The notes under the pieces: generated by a model
Database searches by the model: none
The model's input: the letters and a program-made list of their open reading frames with translations, nothing else
What the model was told of the DNA's origin: nothing
Translations under genes and position numbers: made by a program
Part shown: piece by piece, positions 55,589 through 63,826 of the stretch
Position numbering within the stretch: the first letter of the stretch is position 1
How the letters are laid out: the number at the start of each line of letters is the position of its first letter
DNA from: a virus
Strand: one strand, 5' to 3'
IMG/VR virus record: IMGVR_UViG_3300022602_000029
Location: 64,001-128,000 of that record
Length of the DNA stretch: 64,000 nucleotides

Positions 55589-56513
55589 AAAGTTGATCGA
55601 GCAATGTTGGCGCTTGGCTCGGGGGTGTTATAGAAGGACTGTGTAACAAGATCTCCTCAGCGGTCTTGGCCGTATGGGTAGTGTTGTTGTTTTCATCTAC
55701 GGTCTTGGCCCTGCGTCCTGCTGTATAGGTGATAGGGTATTTCTTTAGTATCAACTGACCCTGTTGCTGTGTGTAGAACGCATCTCCGCATTCTCTGTTA
55801 CAGTAGAACACTAGATCTCCTGCTAGGTCCTGTTGCCGACAGAACGTGATCAGATTGGTATGATCCTGATCAGTAAAGGTCTGGCTATAACTGGTAAAGC
55901 TATCTCTATAGGGTGGGTCAAAGAACCAAAAGGTCCTGCCCTGTTTCAGCGCAGTACAGTTCTGCCAGATACCGCAGGTGATGTCTACCCTTTGTAGGAA
56001 GTTATGCCATTCTATAACATTGTCTCTGTCATAGACCTTGACCGTTTGATTTAGCAATCCGCTGGGTGTGGCGAATCTGCCATTGCTGGTCTGGTTAGTC
56101 TGCCATATGCCGTTGAAACCGGTCTTCATCAAGAAGTAAAGGCTAGCACTTTCATCTGTGCTGTTCCATTGATGCCAGTTAGTGGTATACTCTCTGCGTA
56201 GGTCGTAGTAGAAAGCCTTGCGATCTATCTTAGATAAAGGTAGATACTGTAGCGTGAGGGCATCCATACGGGCCATGAAGTTCACGTGATCTGATTTGAT
56301 AGCCCTGTAGATACCTATGATCTCTGCGTTGATATCATTCAAGATAAACTTAGTGATGTTGGGACAGTTTTGGGCTACCCAACACATCATAGCGCCTCCT
56401 CCAAAGAAGGGTTCAGCGTAGGTATCATACCCAGATGTGGGTATGCCTGGATCCACTAGATATTTAGGGATCATCTTGTTCTTGCCACCTGCCCAGATAT
56501 ATAATGGTTTCAT
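55572..56513 (-). CDS. dam: DNA adenine methyltransferase (D12 class, Dam-like)
   Basis: WAGGK, EPFFGGGA, NDIN and DPPY motifs. Confidence 0.9.
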   Translation of the reverse strand: MKPLYIWAGGKNKMIPKYLVDPGIPTSGYDTYAEPFFGGGAMMCWVAQNCPNITKFILNDINAEIIGIYRAIKSDHVNFMARMDALTLQYLPLSKIDRKAFYYDLRREYTTNWHQWNSTDESASLYFLMKTGFNGIWQTNQTSNGRFATPSGLLNQTVKVYDRDNVIEWHNFLQRVDITCGIWQNCTALKQGRTFWFFDPPYRDSFTSYSQTFTDQDHTNLITFCRQQDLAGDLVFYCNRECGDAFYTQQQGQLILKKYPITYTAGRRAKTVDENNNTTHTAKTAEEILLHSPSITPPSQAPTLLDQLFEFDN

Positions 56514-56519
56514 CCTATT

Positions 56520-56560
56520 ATTATACAGGGTTGACTCGGATCTGTCAATGATGTTATAAT
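56520..56560. promoter_or_regulatory. Overlapping divergent sigma70 promoters with a central GATC
   Basis: Minus: TTGACA(56548-43)-N17-TATAAT(56525-20). Plus: TTGACT(56531-36)-N18-TATAAT(56555-60). GATC at 56539-56542. Confidence 0.75.
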
Positions 56561-56592
56561 GGTGTTGTAAATATCACAAAGGAACTACAGCA

Positions 56593-57372
56593 GTGGCAAA
56601 AAACTCATACAAACATTCCGGGACCCTAGGCGATCTAGTATATAGCCTACCTATAGTAAGTTACACAGGGGGTGGCAAATTCTATCTCCACCTCAATCAG
56701 ATCGATTGGATAGGCAAGCATTATTATGGAGCAGACCCTAGCCCATTCCATCAGGGACGCATGACCCTAAAAGATTACGAGTTCATGAAATCATTTATGT
56801 TGGCACAGCCCTACATAGAATCCTTCGAACCTCTAGATACTAAAAAACACGAGATCACCCATAACCTGGATCGATTCCGTGCTCCTTTCGTGGGACACCC
56901 TGGCAACTATGTGGACCTATATGCCAATGTGTTTAATATCACAGATGCGGCCATCCATGAGCAACTGCGTACCACACCCTGGTTGACAGCACCCGCTCCA
57001 GTAGCCCCAGAAGGCATCAGTGTCATAGTCAATAGGACCGGACGTTGGGTTCCTGGACAGCGCAATCCACGTTACGATGAATGGAAAGCTGATGGCCTGG
57101 ATCAAGAAGCATTATTTGTTGGACTGAAAAACGAGTACGAAGATTTCGTTAAGTTATCTGGATGGGAAAACTGTAAATATCAGCCTACTAATACCCTGCT
57201 AGAAGTAGCGAATCTGATCAAAGGAGTTAACGCATTTATTGGTAATCAATCAGTGGCATTATCATTGGCTATTGGATTGGGCGCAGAGTTTTATTGTGAA
57301 GGGCGCAGAGACTTACCTATAGAACGCAATGAGTGTTACTTTCCTAAACAGCCGAATGGCTACTACTTCTGA
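56593..57372 (+). CDS. GT9-like glycosyltransferase
   Basis: HSGTLGDLVYSLP and FIGNQSVALSLAIGLG motifs; GTG start. Confidence 0.6.
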   Translation: MAKNSYKHSGTLGDLVYSLPIVSYTGGGKFYLHLNQIDWIGKHYYGADPSPFHQGRMTLKDYEFMKSFMLAQPYIESFEPLDTKKHEITHNLDRFRAPFVGHPGNYVDLYANVFNITDAAIHEQLRTTPWLTAPAPVAPEGISVIVNRTGRWVPGQRNPRYDEWKADGLDQEALFVGLKNEYEDFVKLSGWENCKYQPTNTLLEVANLIKGVNAFIGNQSVALSLAIGLGAEFYCEGRRDLPIERNECYFPKQPNGYYF

Positions 57373-57426
57373 TTTGACGTAGCTTCCTTTATGTGTTACA
57401 GTAACGTGTACTAATAAATACACGTT

Positions 57427-58872
57427 ATGAATATGTTTGAAATAGCCACCCCTAAACTTAAAAAGCGAGTACTAAAAGCACTCGACAATATCGAAGACGA
57501 CGCTGTACTGAAAAAGATACTGCATCAAATGAAAGGTGATATCTTTGGCGGTAATCTAAAGAAAGCCTTAGAAAATAGCGGCATCAAAGATAAGTTTACT
57601 TCTGGACATCAAAAGGCCTATCAGTGGTTATGTAGAGAAATCGAGCATACAGAAGCTCCTTTGGAAGATAAAGTACATTTAGTAAAACTACTAACAGATC
57701 AATCTAATCTGATCAAACCTGAAGTGTTTACCAGTCCTACTACAGGACGTAGCATCCTAGACAGTCTAAGTCCTAAGATTAAAAATAACAAAGTTTTTAA
57801 AGATATTATTGAACCTTTGATGATGTTTGGTATGGCAGGACCTACAGGAATGGGCCCAGGCGAAGCCGCTATGATCGTACTAACTGCTGGTGCTAAAGAA
57901 AATACTGATAAAAAAGGTGGAGACTTTTCTATAGGAGATTGGAAAGTTGAGATCAAGATGGGTGGGGCGGTACCCCCGGGAGATAGCGGACAAAAGGTCG
58001 GCGATCAAGAGATAAAGAAACTATTAGATATTGCTAAGAAGCATGGCATCTCAGAAGAAGAGATTGGATACAGGAGAGGCGCATTGAATCCCAGTTTCGA
58101 AAGAGGATGGCTACCTGCTCTGTTTCAAGCCTATGCAGGTAAAGAAGGAGAAGACAAATCTAGAGAACTACTGGGAAAATATCTCAAAGTTATCTATCCT
58201 CCAATAGATGATGGATTGGTATCTACAGTCTATGCTGGACTAGGCCAACCGGGCAATAATAAAGTATTGATGCCGTTGATCTATAACATGTATAAGAAAA
58301 GTCACATGTGGGACAGCATGTGTTTTATTGATAAAGACACACTAGAGTATGCTAATACTTTAGAAGCGAGCGACATACCAGAAACGGCAGGAGTTAGCTA
58401 TAAACTAAGACAAGGTGGCGATACCTACGCTGTGGCTTCGGGGGCATTCATGCTATATCTAAAGCCTGACCCTAACGCTGAAGAGGGCGGAGATGTTCCT
58501 AACATAGAATTGAACCCACCAAAGAAGAAAAATAAAAAAACCAAAGTTGATCCTAGACAGCAAGACCTTTTTGATCCTGTTGAACTACAGAAAAAGGCTG
58601 ACAAAGTAAAACAAGATCTATCAATAGAACAACAAAGGGCAGAGATATTAAAAGATCCTAGCAATCCCATCACCCAGGCTTATAGTAATATAATCAATGG
58701 TCTACCAAAAGATTTAGATCCTGCTGAACGAACAGCTGAACTAGATCTATTTTTGAGCACTATCAGCGATGGCTTAATAAATGGATTGGATCCAAAAGCT
58801 ATCGCAAAGAACTTAATGGATCAGAACATCTATGAAAGCCAGTTAAGGCGATTAAAACAGTTGATCGTTTGA
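57427..58872 (+). CDS. Large protein with a PD-(D/E)xK nuclease-like motif
   Basis: GPGE...GGDFSIGDWKVEIK; leaderless late promoter. Confidence 0.5.
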   Translation: MNMFEIATPKLKKRVLKALDNIEDDAVLKKILHQMKGDIFGGNLKKALENSGIKDKFTSGHQKAYQWLCREIEHTEAPLEDKVHLVKLLTDQSNLIKPEVFTSPTTGRSILDSLSPKIKNNKVFKDIIEPLMMFGMAGPTGMGPGEAAMIVLTAGAKENTDKKGGDFSIGDWKVEIKMGGAVPPGDSGQKVGDQEIKKLLDIAKKHGISEEEIGYRRGALNPSFERGWLPALFQAYAGKEGEDKSRELLGKYLKVIYPPIDDGLVSTVYAGLGQPGNNKVLMPLIYNMYKKSHMWDSMCFIDKDTLEYANTLEASDIPETAGVSYKLRQGGDTYAVASGAFMLYLKPDPNAEEGGDVPNIELNPPKKKNKKTKVDPRQQDLFDPVELQKKADKVKQDLSIEQQRAEILKDPSNPITQAYSNIINGLPKDLDPAERTAELDLFLSTISDGLINGLDPKAIAKNLMDQNIYESQLRRLKQLIV

Positions 58873-58897
58873 CATCTTCCAAAAAATAGCGCATAAT
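58869..58897 (+). promoter_or_regulatory. Sigma70 promoter for the cell wall hydrolase gene
   Basis: TTGACA-N17-CATAAT. Confidence 0.7.
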
Positions 58898-58982
58898 AGC
58901 TTATTAAGAGCCTATTTCTCCACCATATCGAGTGGATGAGATAACTATATTACCAAAACTAAACTAGGAAAAGGAGGTCGTA

Positions 58983-59561
58983 ATGACGGAATTAACACTA
59001 GATAGAGTAGAAGCGAATACAGCTAAAGCAGAACGATTAGGAATAATATTCAAAGCCTGCATCATGCTGATAGGATTCTTAGTATGTGTAAACATGCTGA
59101 CCTATGCCGTTCATCGCAAGTTGGCACAATCAGAAGTCGTAGAAGATAATAATATCACAGCGGCTGTGAGAGAAAGACAAATCGGATGTCTAGCCAAAAA
59201 CATCTATCACGAAGCAGGAGCAGAGCCATTTGAAGGTAAAGTAGCCGTAGCACAGGTGACATTAAACAGGGCTAACAATAGCCAATTCCCTGGAGATATC
59301 TGCGGAGTCATTTATCAAAAAAACTTTGTCTATGATAAACTCATATGCCAGTTCAGCTGGTATTGTGACAGAGAAACAGGAGTGCGTCCTATCAACAAGG
59401 CCATGTTCAACGAAAGCGAAGAAGTGGCAAAGAAAGTACTGCTAGAAGGCTTTAGGCTTCCAGGCCTAAAAGATGCCTTATACTATCACGGGGATTATAT
59501 CAATCCACATTGGAACAAGCAACCAATCGCCCATATCGGTCATCACATCTTTTACAAGTAA
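58983..59561 (+). CDS. sleB: Cell wall hydrolase (SleB/Hydrolase_2) with an N-terminal TM segment
   Basis: CLAKNIYHEAGAE, AVAQVTLNR, QFSW, YYHGDY and IGHHIFY motifs. Confidence 0.9.
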   Translation: MTELTLDRVEANTAKAERLGIIFKACIMLIGFLVCVNMLTYAVHRKLAQSEVVEDNNITAAVRERQIGCLAKNIYHEAGAEPFEGKVAVAQVTLNRANNSQFPGDICGVIYQKNFVYDKLICQFSWYCDRETGVRPINKAMFNESEEVAKKVLLEGFRLPGLKDALYYHGDYINPHWNKQPIAHIGHHIFYK

Positions 59562-59570
59562 GGAAGTAAC

Positions 59571-59897
59571 ATGAATAGAACTATGATGGAGTTTATCTCT
59601 AAGTGGCCACGCTGGATCTGGTATTTCGTTAGGGATCATCTAGCTAAGATGTCAGCACATACCCTAGGTTGGTTCAGTATTATCTTGTGCCATTTTGCGG
59701 CTATTCCTACCCTGCTAGCTGTTCTTTTTGGACAAAGCGACAAGTTACCTCCCGTGGACCTTATGCTGTTCATCTGGAGCGCACTGATCACTATGTTCTT
59801 TAAGGCCATGATCGAGAAGAATTTCTTATATATTTCTACGATCTGTATGGGATTTGTAGCACAGACTGTGATCATGAGCTTGATCTTGTTCAAGTAG
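59571..59897 (+). CDS. Three-TM membrane protein (holin candidate)
   Basis: Hydrophobicity and position next to the hydrolase; holin function is inference only. Confidence 0.5.
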   Translation: MNRTMMEFISKWPRWIWYFVRDHLAKMSAHTLGWFSIILCHFAAIPTLLAVLFGQSDKLPPVDLMLFIWSALITMFFKAMIEKNFLYISTICMGFVAQTVIMSLILFK

Positions 59898-59910
59898 AAA
59901 TAAATATCTC

Positions 59911-60612
59911 ATGCGCATACATGAGATAAACGAATCTGAAGCCTGGCAGAAATCTTCGGGCAAAAACAAGAATGGTGGCCTTAACGCCAAAGGCGTTAAG
60001 AGCTATCGAGCTAGTCATCCCGGCAGTCATCTACAAACTGCTGTAACTACTAAACCTAGCAAACTGAAAAAAGGGTCCAAAGCCAGCAAGAGACGCAAGA
60101 GTTTCTGTGCCCGCATGAAGGGGATGAAGAAACATCGTACTGGTGCCAAGACCAAACACGATCCAAATTCACGCATTAACAAAAGTCTACGCAAATGGCA
60201 TTGTGAAAGCATTGAAGAGATGCAGGATTTAATCTTAGCAGGAGATCTTTACATTGGCCTGTTAAAGGAAAATGCCGTATCAGATTTAGAAAAAGATCTC
60301 AAGGACCCTAAGAGCTACGATGCTATAGATCATATGATGACGGCTATAGCTAAGAAGCATAATATATCTCCCAAAAAACTACACGATGAATTCGTAGAGA
60401 AACACGGAGAACTGCCAGACGACTGGATCAGTGAAAACTTCGCAGATGGTAAAAAGCCCGGACGTAAAGGGTTGAGCAAACGCCTACATGTTAATACCAA
60501 AGGCACTGCGGCAGAACTAGAAAAACGTGCCCATAATGCCACAGGTGAGAAACAACGTATGTTACACTTTGTGGCCAACATGAAAGCTGGCAAAAAGAAG
60601 GCACATAAATAA
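59911..60612 (+). CDS. Modular basic/acidic protein
   Basis: Starts MRIHEINE; very basic KNGGLN...SFCARM...KWHC module. Confidence 0.65.
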   Translation: MRIHEINESEAWQKSSGKNKNGGLNAKGVKSYRASHPGSHLQTAVTTKPSKLKKGSKASKRRKSFCARMKGMKKHRTGAKTKHDPNSRINKSLRKWHCESIEEMQDLILAGDLYIGLLKENAVSDLEKDLKDPKSYDAIDHMMTAIAKKHNISPKKLHDEFVEKHGELPDDWISENFADGKKPGRKGLSKRLHVNTKGTAAELEKRAHNATGEKQRMLHFVANMKAGKKKAHK

Positions 60613-60616
60613 AAGT

Positions 60617-61195
60617 ATGAGAATGAGCGAACTCCTGCCTGAAGTGAGAGATCACGGATCCGGCCACAACAATATGATGGATACCAATCCTACCGAGAGT
60701 GGATTCTCTTACGATTCAGAACATGGCGGGATGATGCCTAATCGCGAAGATCCAGATGATGCTGAACACTGCATATGGGTAGATGGCAAGTTATTTCGCA
60801 CCTACTGGGGTAAAGATGTCGCTATGCGAATGGCTCACGAACTACATCGTAAATATCCCCATAGACACATTGAAGTAAAGCCTAAGTTCCAAGCAGAACA
60901 ACATGATAGTATGCGCATGACTAATAATACCATAGATGACTCAGAGGCTAGAGAAAATGACGAAGGTGGTAGTGTATCAGGTAAAGTGGTATCTAACTTT
61001 ATGGAGAAGACATCTCCTAAACTATGCAGAAGTCCCAAACGTCTAGGACGTAGTGATCATAGTAGCTGTGTAGCACAGGGTCTAAGACCACATCAATCAA
61101 AAGGTAAAGGCCATACTGATGGCAACGGGCATTACCTCAAAGGCCATAAGGCTAAATCCGTCAAATATGGCGGTAATGTTAAAGACTATAGTTAA
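60617..61195 (+). CDS. Hypothetical modular protein
   Basis: Starts MRMSELLPE, 5 nt after TAAATA. Confidence 0.65.
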   Translation: MRMSELLPEVRDHGSGHNNMMDTNPTESGFSYDSEHGGMMPNREDPDDAEHCIWVDGKLFRTYWGKDVAMRMAHELHRKYPHRHIEVKPKFQAEQHDSMRMTNNTIDDSEARENDEGGSVSGKVVSNFMEKTSPKLCRSPKRLGRSDHSSCVAQGLRPHQSKGKGHTDGNGHYLKGHKAKSVKYGGNVKDYS

Positions 61196-61200
61196 AAAAT

Positions 61201-61228
61201 TTGACAGCCGCGTCTTAGGTAGTATAAT
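61201..61228 (+). promoter_or_regulatory. Sigma70 promoter
   Basis: TTGACA-N16-TATAAT upstream of ugd. Confidence 0.75.
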
Positions 61229-61249
61229 TACTACTAACACAGGACCACT

Positions 61250-61990
61250 ATGATCGGAATAATCGGATACGGAATGGTCGGCAAGGCAGTTGAATACGGA
61301 TTCCCAAACTGTAAATCACTGATCGTCGATCCACAATACTCAACATTGACAATAGAACAGCTCTGCGAATCAGAAGTTGAAGCTATATTTGTCTGCGTGC
61401 CAACACCTACAGATGACACAGATTATGCCGTCCTCAAGGATGTTCTAAACAGGATCAAACAATCCGCATACCGAGGATTGACTATAGTCAAAAGCACCAT
61501 ACTACCACATCATCTAGAAGGGTACGATGTAGTTTACAATCCAGAGTTCTTAAGTCGTGCTACAGCCAATAGCGATTTTGTTAATCCACCTTTAGTGTTA
61601 ATAGGAGGCGACAGGAGCGCGGCATTATTAGATATCTATAAGAAATATTCTATCGTCAATCTTAAAGTAGTGATATGCACAGATATCAAGACTGCGTCGC
61701 TGGCCAAATATACCATGAACAGTTTTTATGCTCTTAAGATAACCTATATGAATGCGATCTATGACATCGCTGAAAAGATGGGAGTTGACTATCAATCGAT
61801 CACTGAGATATTAAGATATCAATATTGGATGGGCACACATCATTTTGATGTGCCGGGTCCTGATGGAGATAGGGGGTTTGGTGGTCCTTGCCTTCCTAAA
61901 GACACCGAAGCACTAGCTAAAGAATTTGATGTTGAATTATTAAAAGTTGTATTATCAATTAACAGGAACTATCGAGATGGAACCATTTGA
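61250..61990 (+). CDS. ugd: UDP-glucose/GDP-mannose dehydrogenase family protein
   Basis: GYGMVG, CVPTP, KST, NPEFL and GFGGPCLPKD motifs. Confidence 0.9.
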   Translation: MIGIIGYGMVGKAVEYGFPNCKSLIVDPQYSTLTIEQLCESEVEAIFVCVPTPTDDTDYAVLKDVLNRIKQSAYRGLTIVKSTILPHHLEGYDVVYNPEFLSRATANSDFVNPPLVLIGGDRSAALLDIYKKYSIVNLKVVICTDIKTASLAKYTMNSFYALKITYMNAIYDIAEKMGVDYQSITEILRYQYWMGTHHFDVPGPDGDRGFGGPCLPKDTEALAKEFDVELLKVVLSINRNYRDGTI

Positions 61991-62609
61991 TTATAAAGTT
62001 GTTGAGATATTACAAGAAAAATATAAAAGCGAAAAACCAATAGTTAAAAAAATTCCAAAAGACTGCGATGTCTTGTATAATGGAGAACATGGTCTTTTAG
62101 TCGTACCTAGAACCGTTAAAGCTATAGCATCGCTTACTAAAAAGACTATATGGTGCATAAGTTATCCTATCGATAATCCAGATCATTCTTTCTACACCTA
62201 TTCATCAAATGCCTACGTATTCATTAGCGCATCTAAAGACATATATGGGTGGCATGTAGACTTAAAAACAGGATATGGTAAATTTATTACACAGTATTCT
62301 AATAAGTTACATGGAATTGGAAAGCAACAAATCATAGATTTACCTCCTATTAGAGAACTGTTTGATCTTATAGAAAATGAAATTCTTAAGAGTGCTAAAC
62401 TATCTTATTATTATTCTTTAACTATGATACAAGGAAGATGGCAGAAGTGTGAAGGGGTTATATTTGAGGACGACATATTTTCTAAAAAATATCTACATCT
62501 TCTTAGGAAGCATGGAGAAGAATTGCCAGAATATAAAGTTCATACAGATGATAAGTTTTTTTGGGGTTTTATAAGAAAGCAGTGGAACGTTATCAAATCT
62601 TGGTTTTAG
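61977..62609 (+). CDS. Hypothetical protein with a TxWC(T/I)S domain
   Basis: LVVPRTVKAIASLTKKTIWCIS; start set at ATG 61977. Confidence 0.55.
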   Translation: MEPFDYKVVEILQEKYKSEKPIVKKIPKDCDVLYNGEHGLLVVPRTVKAIASLTKKTIWCISYPIDNPDHSFYTYSSNAYVFISASKDIYGWHVDLKTGYGKFITQYSNKLHGIGKQQIIDLPPIRELFDLIENEILKSAKLSYYYSLTMIQGRWQKCEGVIFEDDIFSKKYLHLLRKHGEELPEYKVHTDDKFFWGFIRKQWNVIKSWF

Positions 62610-63141
62610 AAAAGTTTTTTTCAAAATTTCTTTGTTGCCTTACTGCTTCTTTATTGATTTTAGTAACATTGCCGACTGATATGGCAATACGTTTAGATTT
62701 AATATTTCTAACACCGTGCGGTTCTGAAGTGTTAAGTCTATGCCAAGTGGCTTTTGGAATAACAGCATCGTAGGTTATAGGAGATTCGTCGTCTGCTTGC
62801 TCTGTCCATATAGTATGAACATCTTCACCACCACACTCTAATAAGAAATTATAGGCATAAGTTCTTGTCGTATCTACATGTACAGCTAGGCTGTCATTGA
62901 TTGTTTGAACAATAGCATAATAAGATTCTTGTTCAAACAATGGACCTATATGTCGATCGATCCAATCTTTGATAATTCCGTCTACATTGTAGGTATTAAA
63001 GTTTCTATAGCTAGATTTTGAATTTTTAGAAAATCTATAAGTTGTATTTGATGTGTTTATTAAATCAAAAACCGATTGTATAACTTCATCTGAAGGTAAT
63101 GGTATTTCCGGATGATAGGTAAGAAATTTATCGTGCTCCAT
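62593..63141 (-). CDS. 2OG-Fe(II)/cupin-like oxygenase
   Basis: HVD...PHGV...RIAISV pattern. Confidence 0.55.
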   Translation of the reverse strand: MEHDKFLTYHPEIPLPSDEVIQSVFDLINTSNTTYRFSKNSKSSYRNFNTYNVDGIIKDWIDRHIGPLFEQESYYAIVQTINDSLAVHVDTTRTYAYNFLLECGGEDVHTIWTEQADDESPITYDAVIPKATWHRLNTSEPHGVRNIKSKRIAISVGNVTKINKEAVRQQRNFEKNFSKTKI

Positions 63142-63179
63142 TGATCTTGTCTTTAGTTTATGCTATATTTACATGTAAC

Positions 63180-63788
63180 ATGTCGCCTATTATAAAAACT
63201 AAATTTCCAACAGATAATGTTCCCTGGGAAAAGATATATCAAGATTTTGTCGATTCTAACTTTTTAGATAAACCAGGTTCTGCTGGAACCGGGAATACTG
63301 ATACAACATATTTTAGTCATCTGCGTAGAGATTTAGAACCTTGGGCAGAGGGTTTTCGCAATCACTTATTGGAAATAGTATGTCCGTTGTTACATTGGGC
63401 ACAATCTCCGACTTGGAATGATCTTGTTCTTAGAACATGGATGAATAGATATCGGAAAACTGGTGGTACTGTAAAACACACACATAGATGGACTGAACTA
63501 GCAGTAGTTTGGTATCTAAAGGCTGAAGATGGTGCTGCCAACTTTGTATATGAACACAATGATCGACAATCAGAAATACCAGTTACGACCGGAGATATAT
63601 TGATATTTCCTGGTGATCTACCTCATCTAGCAAAAGAACAACTATCTGATGATTCAAGGATCATCATGGCAACAAATTTATCTTGGACGTATAGATGTAT
63701 AGATAAAGTAAGCATAGAAACATTTGACAAGATATTAAGCAGTAGACTAGCCTACCTACATTCAGTACTATCTAGCGGAAATGATTAA
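63180..63788 (+). CDS. 2OG-Fe(II) oxygenase-like protein
   Basis: WMNRY...HTH...VWYL...GDILIFPGDLPH...RIIMATN. Confidence 0.7.
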   Translation: MSPIIKTKFPTDNVPWEKIYQDFVDSNFLDKPGSAGTGNTDTTYFSHLRRDLEPWAEGFRNHLLEIVCPLLHWAQSPTWNDLVLRTWMNRYRKTGGTVKHTHRWTELAVVWYLKAEDGAANFVYEHNDRQSEIPVTTGDILIFPGDLPHLAKEQLSDDSRIIMATNLSWTYRCIDKVSIETFDKILSSRLAYLHSVLSSGND

Positions 63789-63826
63789 TCTATAAATATT
63801 GCAAAGCATATTAAAAAGGAACTTTT

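Noticed and set aside
663-63559. Many antisense or nested ORFs in the track (e.g. 663-1025, 13829-14266, 26665-27045, 42982-43311, 47553-47867, 51477-51710)
   Set aside because: They shadow well-supported genes or structured non-coding DNA and have no RBS, promoter or motif.
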